Part shown: positions 38,270 through 47,412 of the stretch, one piece after another
Numbering within the stretch: position 1 is the stretch's first letter
Layout: each line of letters starts with the position of its first letter
Assembly (NCBI GenBank): GCA_950073265.1
Contig: CATMPJ010000001.1
Coordinates: 11,522-75,521 of the forward strand
Direction: 5' to 3'
Origin: an uncultured bacterium
GTDB lineage: Bacteria > Patescibacteriota > Minisyncoccia > Phycocordibacterales > UBA918
DNA: 64,000 nucleotides
Program-made: the position numbers and the translations under genes
The notes under the pieces: generated by a model
The model's input: only the letters and a program-made list of their open reading frames with translations
Told to the model about the DNA's origin: nothing
Databases searched by the model: none

Positions 38270-38403
38270 ATTGATGAAATCATATCACGCTTTTTGAACA
38301 GATATAGCCTCACGAGCACAGTGCGAACAGCAGACAGGGACTAAAACAAGGCTGTCTCAACTTCGCCTCTTGAGTGCAAACAGCCACGCGAACACTCACT
38401 GTC

Positions 38404-38432
38404 AAAAAAACCGCCAAAACGGCGGTTTTTTT
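38404..38432. terminator. Bidirectional terminator downstream of tRNA-Arg
   Basis: aaaaaaaccgccaaaacggcggttttttt. Confidence 0.8.
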
Positions 38433-38460
38433 GAGCTGTTGCTATAGCTGTCCTCTTTGG

Positions 38461-38532
38461 TGCACCCGGAGGGACTCGAACCCCCAACGTCTGATCCGAA
38501 GTCAGATATGATATCCATTTCACTACGGGTGC
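38461..38532 (-). tRNA. tRNA-Arg (anticodon UCG), no encoded CCA
   Basis: Reverse complement gives GCACCCG TA GTGA AATGGATA TCAT A TCTGA CTTCGGA TCAGA CGTT GGGGG TTCGAGT CCCTC CGGGTGC A. Confidence 0.85.
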
Positions 38533-38596
38533 AGTGTGCGTGACATAATACGGGTAAAGCAACGAAAACGCAACGGCTTTCTGCTAAAATACACGT

Positions 38597-40069
38597 ATGA
38601 AAATCTCTCACGCCAGAATCCCTGAGGAAGTCTTGCATGTCACTCAAACTCTAGAGCAGGCGGGCTTTGAAGCGTATCTGGTTGGCGGTTGCGTCCGCGA
38701 TATGGTGCGTGAAGTCGAGCCTAAAGATTGGGATGTAACGACCAATGCCCATCCTGAAGATATTCAAAGATTGTTTCCAGAGCATTACGCAAATAATGAT
38801 TTTGGAACTATTGGGATAAAGACGGAATCAGAAACACCAACCTTGCAGGTTATTGAAGTAACGCCATACCGCAGTGAGAGTGGTTATAGCGACCGTAGGC
38901 GGCCAGATCAGGTTATTTTTGGTGTTTCTTTAGAAGATGATTTGTCCAGACGCGATTTCACCATTAATGCACTTGCATATCGTCCCAAAGATCAAGAATT
39001 AGTTGATTTACATGGCGGAATTACTGATTTGAAGGAAAAAAGGTTGCGCACTGTTGGCGATCCGAAGCGTCGTTTCACTGAAGATGCATTACGTATGATG
39101 CGCGCTGTGCGCTTTTCTGCGCAGCTTGGCTATACAATCGACCCCAAAACCATGGCAGCCATTGCTGAAAATCATGAATTACTAAACGATATCGCGATTG
39201 AGCGGGTGGCACATGAGTTTACGTTACTAATTGAAACAGATGAACCGATGCATGGCATTATTTTCATGCAAAAACTTGGTTTACTGCAACATGTAGTGCC
39301 CGAACTCGAAGAAGGAATCGGTTGCGAACAGGGTGGGGCACACGCGTTCGATGTGTTTGAGCATAATTTACGCACTTTGCAGGCAGCGGCCGACAAAAAT
39401 CACCCAACGCCACTTAGAATAGCCGCTCTATTGCACGATATTGCTAAGCCCGCCACCCGCCGCACTGGTGGTAAAAATAAAAAATATACTTTTTTTGGTC
39501 ATGAAGTAGTGGGGGCAAAGATGGCCAAAAGAATTATGCAGCGCCTTAAATACCCGCGAGAAACGACAGATTTAGTCATGAATTTTGTCCGGTGGCATAT
39601 GTTTTTTGCCGATCCAGACGAGGTAACCCTCTCAGCGGTTCGTCGTACCATCGCTAGAATAGGAGAAGACCATATACAACAGCTTCTAGACTTACGGGTT
39701 TGCGACCGTATTGGCACTGGAAGGCCAAAGGAACAGCCATTTCGGCTCCGAAAGTACAAAGCTATGGTGGATGAAGCTTTGCGCGAGCCAATCTCGGTAA
39801 AAATGCTGAAAATCAACGGGGATCAGATTATGAAACTTTCCGGCGAAAAGCCGGGAAGGCGATTAGGCTTTGTTTTGCATGCTCTCTTGGAAGAGGCTTT
39901 AGATGATGCGAGTAAAAATACCGAAGAATACATGGAAAGACGGGCCCTCGAACTCCTCAAAATGGATGAAAAAACGTTGCAAAACCTGGCTGAAGCGGGG
40001 AAAAAGCGCCAAGAAGAGGAAGAAAGCGCGGCTTTAAAGGAGATTGCGAGAGAACATAGAGTTGGGTAG
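38597..40069 (+). CDS. cca: CCA-adding tRNA nucleotidyltransferase with HD domain
   Basis: Class II NTase head LVGGCVRDMV...DWDVTT, RRDFTINALAY, HD motif LLHDIAKP. Consistent with the window's tRNAs lacking encoded CCA. Confidence 0.85.
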   Translation: MKISHARIPEEVLHVTQTLEQAGFEAYLVGGCVRDMVREVEPKDWDVTTNAHPEDIQRLFPEHYANNDFGTIGIKTESETPTLQVIEVTPYRSESGYSDRRRPDQVIFGVSLEDDLSRRDFTINALAYRPKDQELVDLHGGITDLKEKRLRTVGDPKRRFTEDALRMMRAVRFSAQLGYTIDPKTMAAIAENHELLNDIAIERVAHEFTLLIETDEPMHGIIFMQKLGLLQHVVPELEEGIGCEQGGAHAFDVFEHNLRTLQAAADKNHPTPLRIAALLHDIAKPATRRTGGKNKKYTFFGHEVVGAKMAKRIMQRLKYPRETTDLVMNFVRWHMFFADPDEVTLSAVRRTIARIGEDHIQQLLDLRVCDRIGTGRPKEQPFRLRKYKAMVDEALREPISVKMLKINGDQIMKLSGEKPGRRLGFVLHALLEEALDDASKNTEEYMERRALELLKMDEKTLQNLAEAGKKRQEEEESAALKEIAREHRVG

Positions 40070-40792
40070 GTAGCAGCCTTTTCTTTCAATGGATATTCTA
40101 CGAAACTTATTCATTCTCTGAAAGCTGCAGGATATGGCCTTCCATTAATATACAAACCTTTCTTTCCAGCTCGCTGCAGCCACAATCTCCCGAGACAGGT
40201 CGATTCTGGCTAAGCGCCTGGATATTTTCATAATAGTCGCTTTTTCGGCTCCTTTATTCAAATAAAAAAGGCTTGGGGAGTCGATAGACAAGCTGCCATT
40301 ACTGCTTATCTGCCAACTTCCCAAGCCTTTGGATGAGCTTATATTCGGAACTATGGTAGTTCCAGGTGGTGTCCTTTATATGACAGACCAATTGTGTAGC
40401 TCTACGTTGTAGTTTTAGAAGTCTTTTGTGATTGGGTTCTAGTGTTTTCCAATCAGACTTCTGGGTGGGTTTTTGAGTTGTCGAAGCTTACGTAACAACT
40501 CAATTGAAAAGTTGTTGCATAAACCTCGTTGGAGGTAAATTAACTCTTTGGATATGGAATGATCTCTTTAGGGGTTATTCCTCCTAGCTCGAGAATCGAA
40601 TGCATCGATTTGCGAACTAGGGGGAGTACCGCCCGCCCTTTCTGGGCCTACACATATAGTAACTGCTCTAAAGGACAGAGTAAAGGACACTACTGCGCGC
40701 ATATGGGGATAACTGTCTTTTATAAAAGACTTTGAAAGAAATTTGACATATGTGTGTTTCGTGTGATTGTAAAATCTGCAGAAACCTTTGCT

Positions 40793-41602
40793 TTACAAGC
40801 TTATATCTATAGACACTGGGCAGTGATCGCTGCCGAGAACGTCTGGGTGAATACGTGCGCTTTTGACAAGATCCGCAATCTGATCAGCTACCATGACGTA
40901 ATCAATACGCCAGCCAACATTGCGTTCACGCGCTCCGCCAAAGTGAGACCACCAGGTGTAGTGACCGTTACCTTTAGTGAACAGGCGAAACGTATCGGTA
41001 AATCCAGATTCAATCATCGCCTCTATCCCAGCGCGCTCCTCATTAGTGAACCCTTTCTTTCCGATGTTTGGTTTCGGTCGAGCCAAATCATCTTCGGTGT
41101 GTGCAACATTAAAATCACCACAAAAAATCACCGGCTTCTTTTTATTTAAGTGATTCATAAATTCCAGATATGCTGGATCCCATTGTTGACGCATCGGGAT
41201 GCGCGAGAGGTCATCTTTGGCATTAGGTGTATACACTGTCGATACATATATATGTTCAAATTCTGCGGTGAGCACGCGACCTTCGGTAGTCGTGTCACCG
41301 TATATATCGGCCAGTTGATATTTGGCGCTAATTTCAGCAGGGATGCCGGAAATGACCGCAAGTGGCTCTTCTTTAGTATAGATAGCGGTGCCTGAGTAGC
41401 CTTTTCGTTCTGCCGAGTTAAAAAATTCAAAATAACCAGGCAAATCAACCTCAATTTGCCCCGGCTGCGCTTTTGTTTCTTGCAAGCAGAGAATATCCGG
41501 CTGATGTGCTTCGATAAATGGCTGAAAAAGACCTTTTCTTTCTACAGCTCGAATACCGTTAACATTCCATGAATAGATTTTCATAAATGTAGTGTACCGC
41601 AC
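40793..41602 (-). CDS. xth: Exodeoxyribonuclease III (AP endonuclease family 1)
   Basis: MKIYSWNVNGIRA..., ILCLQETK, GDFNVAH, C-terminal SDHCPV. Confidence 0.9.
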   Translation of the reverse strand: MRYTTFMKIYSWNVNGIRAVERKGLFQPFIEAHQPDILCLQETKAQPGQIEVDLPGYFEFFNSAERKGYSGTAIYTKEEPLAVISGIPAEISAKYQLADIYGDTTTEGRVLTAEFEHIYVSTVYTPNAKDDLSRIPMRQQWDPAYLEFMNHLNKKKPVIFCGDFNVAHTEDDLARPKPNIGKKGFTNEERAGIEAMIESGFTDTFRLFTKGNGHYTWWSHFGGARERNVGWRIDYVMVADQIADLVKSARIHPDVLGSDHCPVSIDISL

Positions 41603-41683
41603 ATAAAAAGATATGAGGAGGTGTTCAATTATACAAAAAGGCTGTTCCCTGATGAATTATTAACCCTAATATTTAGCGCATCT

Positions 41684-42928
41684 TTATTGTAGGCCGTGCT
41701 CTTCAAAATTAAACTCGACTCCAAGATCATCCATCATTTGTGAGATTAGTTTTTTTACAATTATTGCACCAATGTCACCCTCGTTAGTAATGATGGTTTC
41801 TTCGTACAATTCATTCTCCAAAGGTCCTATTTCATTATCAAAATACTGTTTTCCAACTGGATTAGGTCTCACAACCGTACATTCGTCGCCATTAACAAAA
41901 CCTGCGGTTACCCTACACCTTACTTTTGAAGCATTTAATATTGCTAGCACTTCGAGACTTTTATTGACATTAGTCTTCATGGCATTGTAGACACTTACCA
42001 GTGGTAATGCATTCTTTGAATAGTAGCTTATCGAGTTTGATATACTCACTATATCTCCGTTTGTAAACATTTGAGTAAAGTCACTAATTTTTCTCACAGA
42101 TTCGTTGCCATTAAATTTAGCCAAAATTACGCCGTATTTATTTGTTACTGGAGTATTTGCAGGGCTTCCGTAAATTAAAGGTATTTGAAATTGATTTGCA
42201 TTAAAGAGAGCTTCCTTGATAGCGATTTTCTTGAGATTGATTTTTTCTTGAGGTTCAATCTTAATGTAGAAATAACTGTCTAAAACTTCAGCAAAGTATT
42301 TTTGATCTTTAATAAGTCCAAAACCCGGGCCTTCTAGTCTCATGAGGGCTTCCTCTTTCTCAAAATAAATGGCAGGTCCATTCAGATCAAGATTCAATCC
42401 TGAATCGGCTTTTTTTTCACCTAAACAGTTTTTTAATACGAACACAAAATTTTCAGTAAGAATTTTCTCAGCCTCCTTCTTTTCACTCGGTGTACTTTGT
42501 TCGTCGAGTGCATACGTAATAGGCCCTCGCTTATGTTTTAAATCAAAAGGAAGATCTTCAATTGAACCAAATTTAGTGTTCATTACCGTAGTAATGTTGC
42601 TGTGACTCAATAGCGAAGTTGCGTAACCCATCTCAATAGCGACGTTCGGGTTCATAATTTTTTTTACTACCTTATCTTCCTTTTTTACTTCAGCGACAGG
42701 AGTTACGTCAGCAATAAAAACACTGCAGTTCTTTATCTTCTTAAAAATAGTATCCGTTATAGGGGGCGAACCAGGCTCGCCTTTTGTGTCATGATCAATT
42801 TCAGCCGTTCTGTCTGAGAATTCAGGTTCTTTGTTAATTTTTTTAATGGCTTTCTCTAAACATTTCTTGATGAAGTGCTTCGAAATGTCTGGATTAATGT
42901 CGCTTTGCCATGACCAAAATATCTTCAT
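41684..42928 (-). CDS. TIR-like domain protein with uncharacterised ~270-aa C-terminal domain (candidate defence protein)
   Basis: N-terminus MKIFWSWQSDINPDISKHF (TIR box-1-like F-x-S-W-x-x-D), later SVFIADVTPV and NPNVAIEMGYA with a conserved Glu, patterned like bacterial IFISWSGE...FEAGAL TIR-like proteins. The gene is AT-rich and Lys-rich relative to its neighbours. The CDS is solid; the function is inference. Confidence 0.6.
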   Translation of the reverse strand: MKIFWSWQSDINPDISKHFIKKCLEKAIKKINKEPEFSDRTAEIDHDTKGEPGSPPITDTIFKKIKNCSVFIADVTPVAEVKKEDKVVKKIMNPNVAIEMGYATSLLSHSNITTVMNTKFGSIEDLPFDLKHKRGPITYALDEQSTPSEKKEAEKILTENFVFVLKNCLGEKKADSGLNLDLNGPAIYFEKEEALMRLEGPGFGLIKDQKYFAEVLDSYFYIKIEPQEKINLKKIAIKEALFNANQFQIPLIYGSPANTPVTNKYGVILAKFNGNESVRKISDFTQMFTNGDIVSISNSISYYSKNALPLVSVYNAMKTNVNKSLEVLAILNASKVRCRVTAGFVNGDECTVVRPNPVGKQYFDNEIGPLENELYEETIITNEGDIGAIIVKKLISQMMDDLGVEFNFEEHGLQ

Positions 42929-43160
42929 ACTTGTTAATATACTTTGAATTGGAGTTATGGCAACAGCCGCCCCAATCGTCTATATCCATCCAGGAAACTA
43001 GGCACCTTAAGCCATGCGCTCCTCACGCAGCGAGCAACGCCGCGCAAATATTGGGATTACAAAAGGCACGACGACCGATGGGGGGGGATTGATGCAGGCA
43101 TTGTGCATCTATAACATATCCGTTCTGTATTTATTGAACACAATCAGCAATGAATTTGAA

Positions 43161-43196
43161 CCCGATAGCGAAAGCTATCGGGCCACTTCTTTTTTA
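43161..43196 (+). promoter_or_regulatory. Terminator-like hairpin (GAAA tetraloop + T-run) in the leader of the flavoprotein gene; possible attenuator
   Basis: cccgatagc-gaaa-gctatcggg then ccacttctttttt, 28 nt before the ATG at 43224. Confidence 0.45.
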
Positions 43197-43223
43197 TACA
43201 TATATATGTATACTCAGTCGCAC

Positions 43224-44477
43224 ATGAAGGACGCGTACACAAAAAAGCTCTGGGACATCATTGTGGTGGGTGGCGGACCAGCGGGGATGATGGCGGCCGC
43301 GACAGCGGCCGCGAAGGGGGCATCAGTACTACTTCTAGAAAAAAATCAAACACTGGGTAAAAAACTACGAATCACCGGTGGTGGTCGATGCAATGTCACC
43401 AATAACAAAACTAATTCTCGTGAGATGCTTGCCAAGTACAAGAGGAGTGGCAAATTTTTACACTCTACCTTCTCCCAACATAGTGTGACTGACACGGTTA
43501 CATGGTTTAACGAGCGAGGTGTGGAACTCAAGGAAGAAAATGAAGGTAGGTTATTCCCCGTCACAGATTCTGCCGAAACAGTCTATGAAACATTGCTTAC
43601 TGAACTAAAAGAAACCGACGTCACGGTACTGGGCGGCGCGGTAGTGACAGCTGTTAAAAAAATTGACTCGCATTTCCTTACAACCACTAGGACAGAGCAA
43701 TTTCGGGCAAAAAAATGCATCCTTGCCACTGGTGGTACTTCACGACCAGAGACTGGTTCAACTGGTGATGGTTTCACTTTTGCTAAGACACTTGGTCACA
43801 CGATTCACGCTCACAATGTCGCACTAGTACCAGTAGAAACCCAAGAACGATGGGTGAAACGAGTCAGTGGAGTTTCGCTCAGCGACGTGAAACTTACGCT
43901 AACGGTGGACGGCAGAAAACAATTTACTCAAACGGGCAAGGTACTGTTCACACATAGCGGTCTGTCTGGACCGACCATTTTAAATATGAGCAAGCAAATT
44001 AGTGAGCTTCTAGAGACTGGCACCGTCGGCCTGCACATTAAACTAATGTCCGAACCTGACGAAGGCTCTATTCGTGAAAAACTCACCGAGCTGTTTCATG
44101 CTGAAAGTAATAAAAAGGTGTGTAATGTTTTAAACCAGCTTGTGCCAACTACTCTAGCAAAGGTTGTGCTTCGACTCGCAAACATTGATGGTGACACACC
44201 GTGCCACAGCGTACGGGTTGAAGAGAAAAAACGACTATCCTCATTACTCTTTGCACTACCTCTCACCATCACTGGTTTACTCGGTGCCGATAAAGCCGTT
44301 ATCTCTTCGGGTGGTGTGCCACTCACTGAAATAAATCCTAAAACCATGGAATCTAAAAAAGTACCGGGGTTGTTTTTAATTGGGGACATGCTCGACATAG
44401 ATCGTCCATCGGGAGGATACAGTTTGCAACTTTGTTGGACAACAGGGTTTGTTGCTGGTAGTCACGCGGCTGTGTAG
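43224..44477 (+). CDS. HI0933/BaiN-like NAD(P)/FAD-dependent flavoprotein (aminoacetone oxidase family)
   Basis: WDIIVVGGGPAGMMAAATAAAKGASVLLLEKNQTLGKKLRITGGGRCNVTN, C-terminal GGYSLQLCWTTGFVAG. I chose the ATG at 43224; the ORF-track start at 43014 lies in the leader. Confidence 0.8.
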   Translation: MKDAYTKKLWDIIVVGGGPAGMMAAATAAAKGASVLLLEKNQTLGKKLRITGGGRCNVTNNKTNSREMLAKYKRSGKFLHSTFSQHSVTDTVTWFNERGVELKEENEGRLFPVTDSAETVYETLLTELKETDVTVLGGAVVTAVKKIDSHFLTTTRTEQFRAKKCILATGGTSRPETGSTGDGFTFAKTLGHTIHAHNVALVPVETQERWVKRVSGVSLSDVKLTLTVDGRKQFTQTGKVLFTHSGLSGPTILNMSKQISELLETGTVGLHIKLMSEPDEGSIREKLTELFHAESNKKVCNVLNQLVPTTLAKVVLRLANIDGDTPCHSVRVEEKKRLSSLLFALPLTITGLLGADKAVISSGGVPLTEINPKTMESKKVPGLFLIGDMLDIDRPSGGYSLQLCWTTGFVAGSHAAV

Positions 44478-44519
44478 CCATTCGCTCTGTCCTCAGGAAC
44501 CAGGTGTATAATAATTACA

Positions 44520-44915
44520 ATGTTGTTACTCTCGGTCACGCATGACTATTTTATTTGGCACTACACTCGCGCCTTTAAAGAGCTCTTTACCGTGTGGGTC
44601 AATATACTTTGGTTCGTTGTGCACTTTTTTTCTATTCCGCAATTAGTGAAGTCCTGGTTTGCTCCCTATAAACGCATTACCGAACAACGACATCGTCGTT
44701 TTGACCTGGAAGACATCGCTGGATACATCATCATTAATACACTCTCGCGGATTGTTGGCGCTGTGATGCGAACAATCCTGATTGGGTTGGGTCTACTTTT
44801 TCTCACCCTCATGATTGCATTTGGCGTGGTCGTGTATCTGCTTTGGATTTTTCTTCCGATTATTATCTTGGCTACTCTCGTTGTGGGGGTAAGTATTTTA
44901 TTTACTGGCGTATGA
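44520..44915 (+). CDS. Hypothetical membrane protein (131 aa), translationally coupled to the downstream AAA+ gene
   Basis: Hydrophobic helices. Its stop overlaps the next start in an ATGA arrangement at 44912..44915. Confidence 0.55.
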   Translation: MLLLSVTHDYFIWHYTRAFKELFTVWVNILWFVVHFFSIPQLVKSWFAPYKRITEQRHRRFDLEDIAGYIIINTLSRIVGAVMRTILIGLGLLFLTLMIAFGVVVYLLWIFLPIIILATLVVGVSILFTGV

Positions 44916-47341
44916 GCACCTTAGCAAAAGAAATTTCAGTATACAGACCGGCAGTAGCACTTGAAAATGTGTTGAGTCGACACACCATGAACATATTACG
45001 AATGTTATTTTTTGTTGGAACTGTCGTGTTTGTATCATTAGCGTTAGCCGGACCTTACATCTTACCGACAATTTCACTCAATGTGTGGTGGGGAGCTTCG
45101 CTCATATGTGCGGCACTTTGGGTAGATCAAATGCTCACCTTTGGTTATCACAACAGCTGGTATTTCCGTGGACTGCGGTCGGTTATAGATCGTGAACAAG
45201 AGAGCACGCTTGTAACTTATGATGTTGCGAAGGTAATACTGAAAAACCCTAACGATGTAACGCGAGCCTTTTGTGAAAGTGCCATTGGAAAAAATGTACT
45301 CTTGCGTACGCGAATTACACCGGCTGCAATAGCTTCTTTTCTCGAACGACCACGCCGACTACTCAGTGCTGACGGAATAATCATTCCTGAAAATGAGCAT
45401 TTCACCCTACTTTCCTTGGGTAATTATTTACTAGCTCATGACAGCGAATTCAAGAAACTGTTTACTGACCAAGGCATCCGACCGGAACATTTTCTGCGAG
45501 CACTTAACTGGATTGTCGGTGTGCAGCAGCGTTCAAAAGAAAATGAACGATGGTGGAGCAAAGACAATTTATCCAAGACATCTGGTCTCGGCACTGACTG
45601 GTCATACGGGACAGCCTACACTCTGCAAAAGTACTCTCGAAACATCGCTACCACAGCGGTCTTCTCAACCTTATCGACAAACACTGCACAAGCTGAAGAG
45701 ACGATCGCTGAAATTGAAATGACTCTAGCGAAGAGTAAAGGTGCGAATGTTTTGCTGGTGGGTGAAGCAGGGGTAGGGAAGATGGATATTGTCATGGCAG
45801 TACAAAAGCGAATGCAAACGGGCAAGTCACTACATGCAATTGCCGGCCAACATATATATGTACTGGATACAAAACGACTTTTTGCCAATCACCGCGACAA
45901 GCAATCATTGGAACAAACCTTGCTCCACCTTTTTGAAGAAGCACTGTTAGCGGGTAATACTATTATTGTTATTGAAAACATAAGCATCTTCATCCAAGAA
46001 GCACAACAGTACGGTATATATCTGCCAGAGCTACTGGACGAATACATAGCAACTCCATATTTACACCTGATAGCCACCGACACACCGCACGGCTTTCATC
46101 AGACACTTGAACCGCTCGGTGCATTTATCAGGTTCTTTAACGAAATATTACTAGACACTGCGAGTAGCCAAGCTACCACTCAAGTACTTGAAGGAGTTGC
46201 TTTAGGTCAAGAAAGCACTCGAGATGTTTTGTTTACGTACGAGAGTCTTGAAGCAATTACTAACGCAGCCGAACGGTACATCGTCGAAGGCGTTATGCCG
46301 GACAAAGCAGTCACGCTATTAATAGATGTAGCCTCCGCGGCGGAAAGTCGCGAGCAAATTCTGATCACGGCAGACTTTGTGTATCAATTAGTGAGTGAAC
46401 AAACAAATGTACCTGCTGGTCCAATCAAGGAAGAGGAGCGAGATCTGCTGCTTAACCTAGAGCAGACACTACATCAATATGTGGTTGGACAACGAACCGC
46501 CATCTCAGCTATCGCGCGCACCATGCGTCGCGCCCGCGCTGGTGTTCAAGCTAGTGACAAGCCAATTGGCAGTTTCCTATTTCTTGGGCCGACAGGCGTC
46601 GGGAAGACGGAAAGCGCAAAAGCGTTAGCAACAGTATTTTTCGGATCACCGGAGAAGTTAGAGCGCTTTGATATGTCTGAGTTTAGTGGAGCCGACGCTT
46701 TGTATCGTTTGCTCGGCGACAATGAAAACAGTGGGGCACTAGCCGATACATTGCGAGAACATCCTTACACAGTTCTTTTGCTCGACGAATTTGAAAAAGC
46801 TAGTACTGAAGTTCATGATTTATTTTTGCAGATTCTTGACGAAGGTGTCTTCACCGATGGAAGGGGTACGAAAATAAATGCACGAAACACAATCATTATT
46901 GCCACTTCCAACGCTGGAGCTGACTTGATTCTTCGCACCGTACAACAGCGACAGGAACTATCACATCTAAGCCAAGCCATTATTGATCACATCATTGAAC
47001 GTGGTCTGTTTAAGCCAGAGTTACTCAACCGTTTCGACAACACTATTATTTTTGAACCATTAACAAAAACGGAGCAGGGGTCAGTAGCAAATCTATTATT
47101 ACGCGACTTGTATGTCCGCATTAAAGAACAAGGATATGAATTATCAATTAGCACTGACTTGTTAGAGTTTTTAGTAGAGAAAGGCTACAATCCAGAATTT
47201 GGCGCACGCCCCATGCAACGCGTGATCCAAGACCTAATCGAGGAGAAGGTGGCTAAGAAGATTATTGCCGGAAGTGTACAAAGAGGAGATACTATACATC
47301 TATCGCGTGACGACTTCACGGAAGAAGAACTGAAACCATAA
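44912..47341 (+). CDS. Membrane-anchored Clp/Hsp100-family AAA+ ATPase (ClpB/ClpC-like D2 intact, D1 Walker A degenerate)
   Basis: Two N-terminal TM helices. D1-like GEAGVGKMDIV is degenerate. D2 has VGQRTAISAIARTMRRARAGV, FLFLGPTGVGKTESAKAL, LLLDEFEKAS and sensor-2 GARPMQRVIQ. No IGF/IGL ClpP-docking loop is seen. Confidence 0.8.
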   Translation: MSTLAKEISVYRPAVALENVLSRHTMNILRMLFFVGTVVFVSLALAGPYILPTISLNVWWGASLICAALWVDQMLTFGYHNSWYFRGLRSVIDREQESTLVTYDVAKVILKNPNDVTRAFCESAIGKNVLLRTRITPAAIASFLERPRRLLSADGIIIPENEHFTLLSLGNYLLAHDSEFKKLFTDQGIRPEHFLRALNWIVGVQQRSKENERWWSKDNLSKTSGLGTDWSYGTAYTLQKYSRNIATTAVFSTLSTNTAQAEETIAEIEMTLAKSKGANVLLVGEAGVGKMDIVMAVQKRMQTGKSLHAIAGQHIYVLDTKRLFANHRDKQSLEQTLLHLFEEALLAGNTIIVIENISIFIQEAQQYGIYLPELLDEYIATPYLHLIATDTPHGFHQTLEPLGAFIRFFNEILLDTASSQATTQVLEGVALGQESTRDVLFTYESLEAITNAAERYIVEGVMPDKAVTLLIDVASAAESREQILITADFVYQLVSEQTNVPAGPIKEEERDLLLNLEQTLHQYVVGQRTAISAIARTMRRARAGVQASDKPIGSFLFLGPTGVGKTESAKALATVFFGSPEKLERFDMSEFSGADALYRLLGDNENSGALADTLREHPYTVLLLDEFEKASTEVHDLFLQILDEGVFTDGRGTKINARNTIIIATSNAGADLILRTVQQRQELSHLSQAIIDHIIERGLFKPELLNRFDNTIIFEPLTKTEQGSVANLLLRDLYVRIKEQGYELSISTDLLEFLVEKGYNPEFGARPMQRVIQDLIEEKVAKKIIAGSVQRGDTIHLSRDDFTEEELKP

Positions 47342-47371
47342 AAGAGCCGTGGCAGACCGCGGCTCTTTTTT
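47341..47371. terminator. Bidirectional terminator between the Clp-like gene and the convergent recombinase gene
   Basis: aaagagccgtggcagaccgcggctctttttt. Confidence 0.75.
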
Positions 47372-47412
47372 ATATGGAAATGTTGGATTGGAAATTGTTG
47401 GCCATTCTGTCA

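Noticed and set aside
43014-43223. ORF-track N-terminal extension of the flavoprotein (start at 43014)
   Set aside because: The extension is low-complexity and spans a terminator-like hairpin. The conserved HI0933 N-terminus (WDIIVVGGG) begins right after the ATG at 43224.
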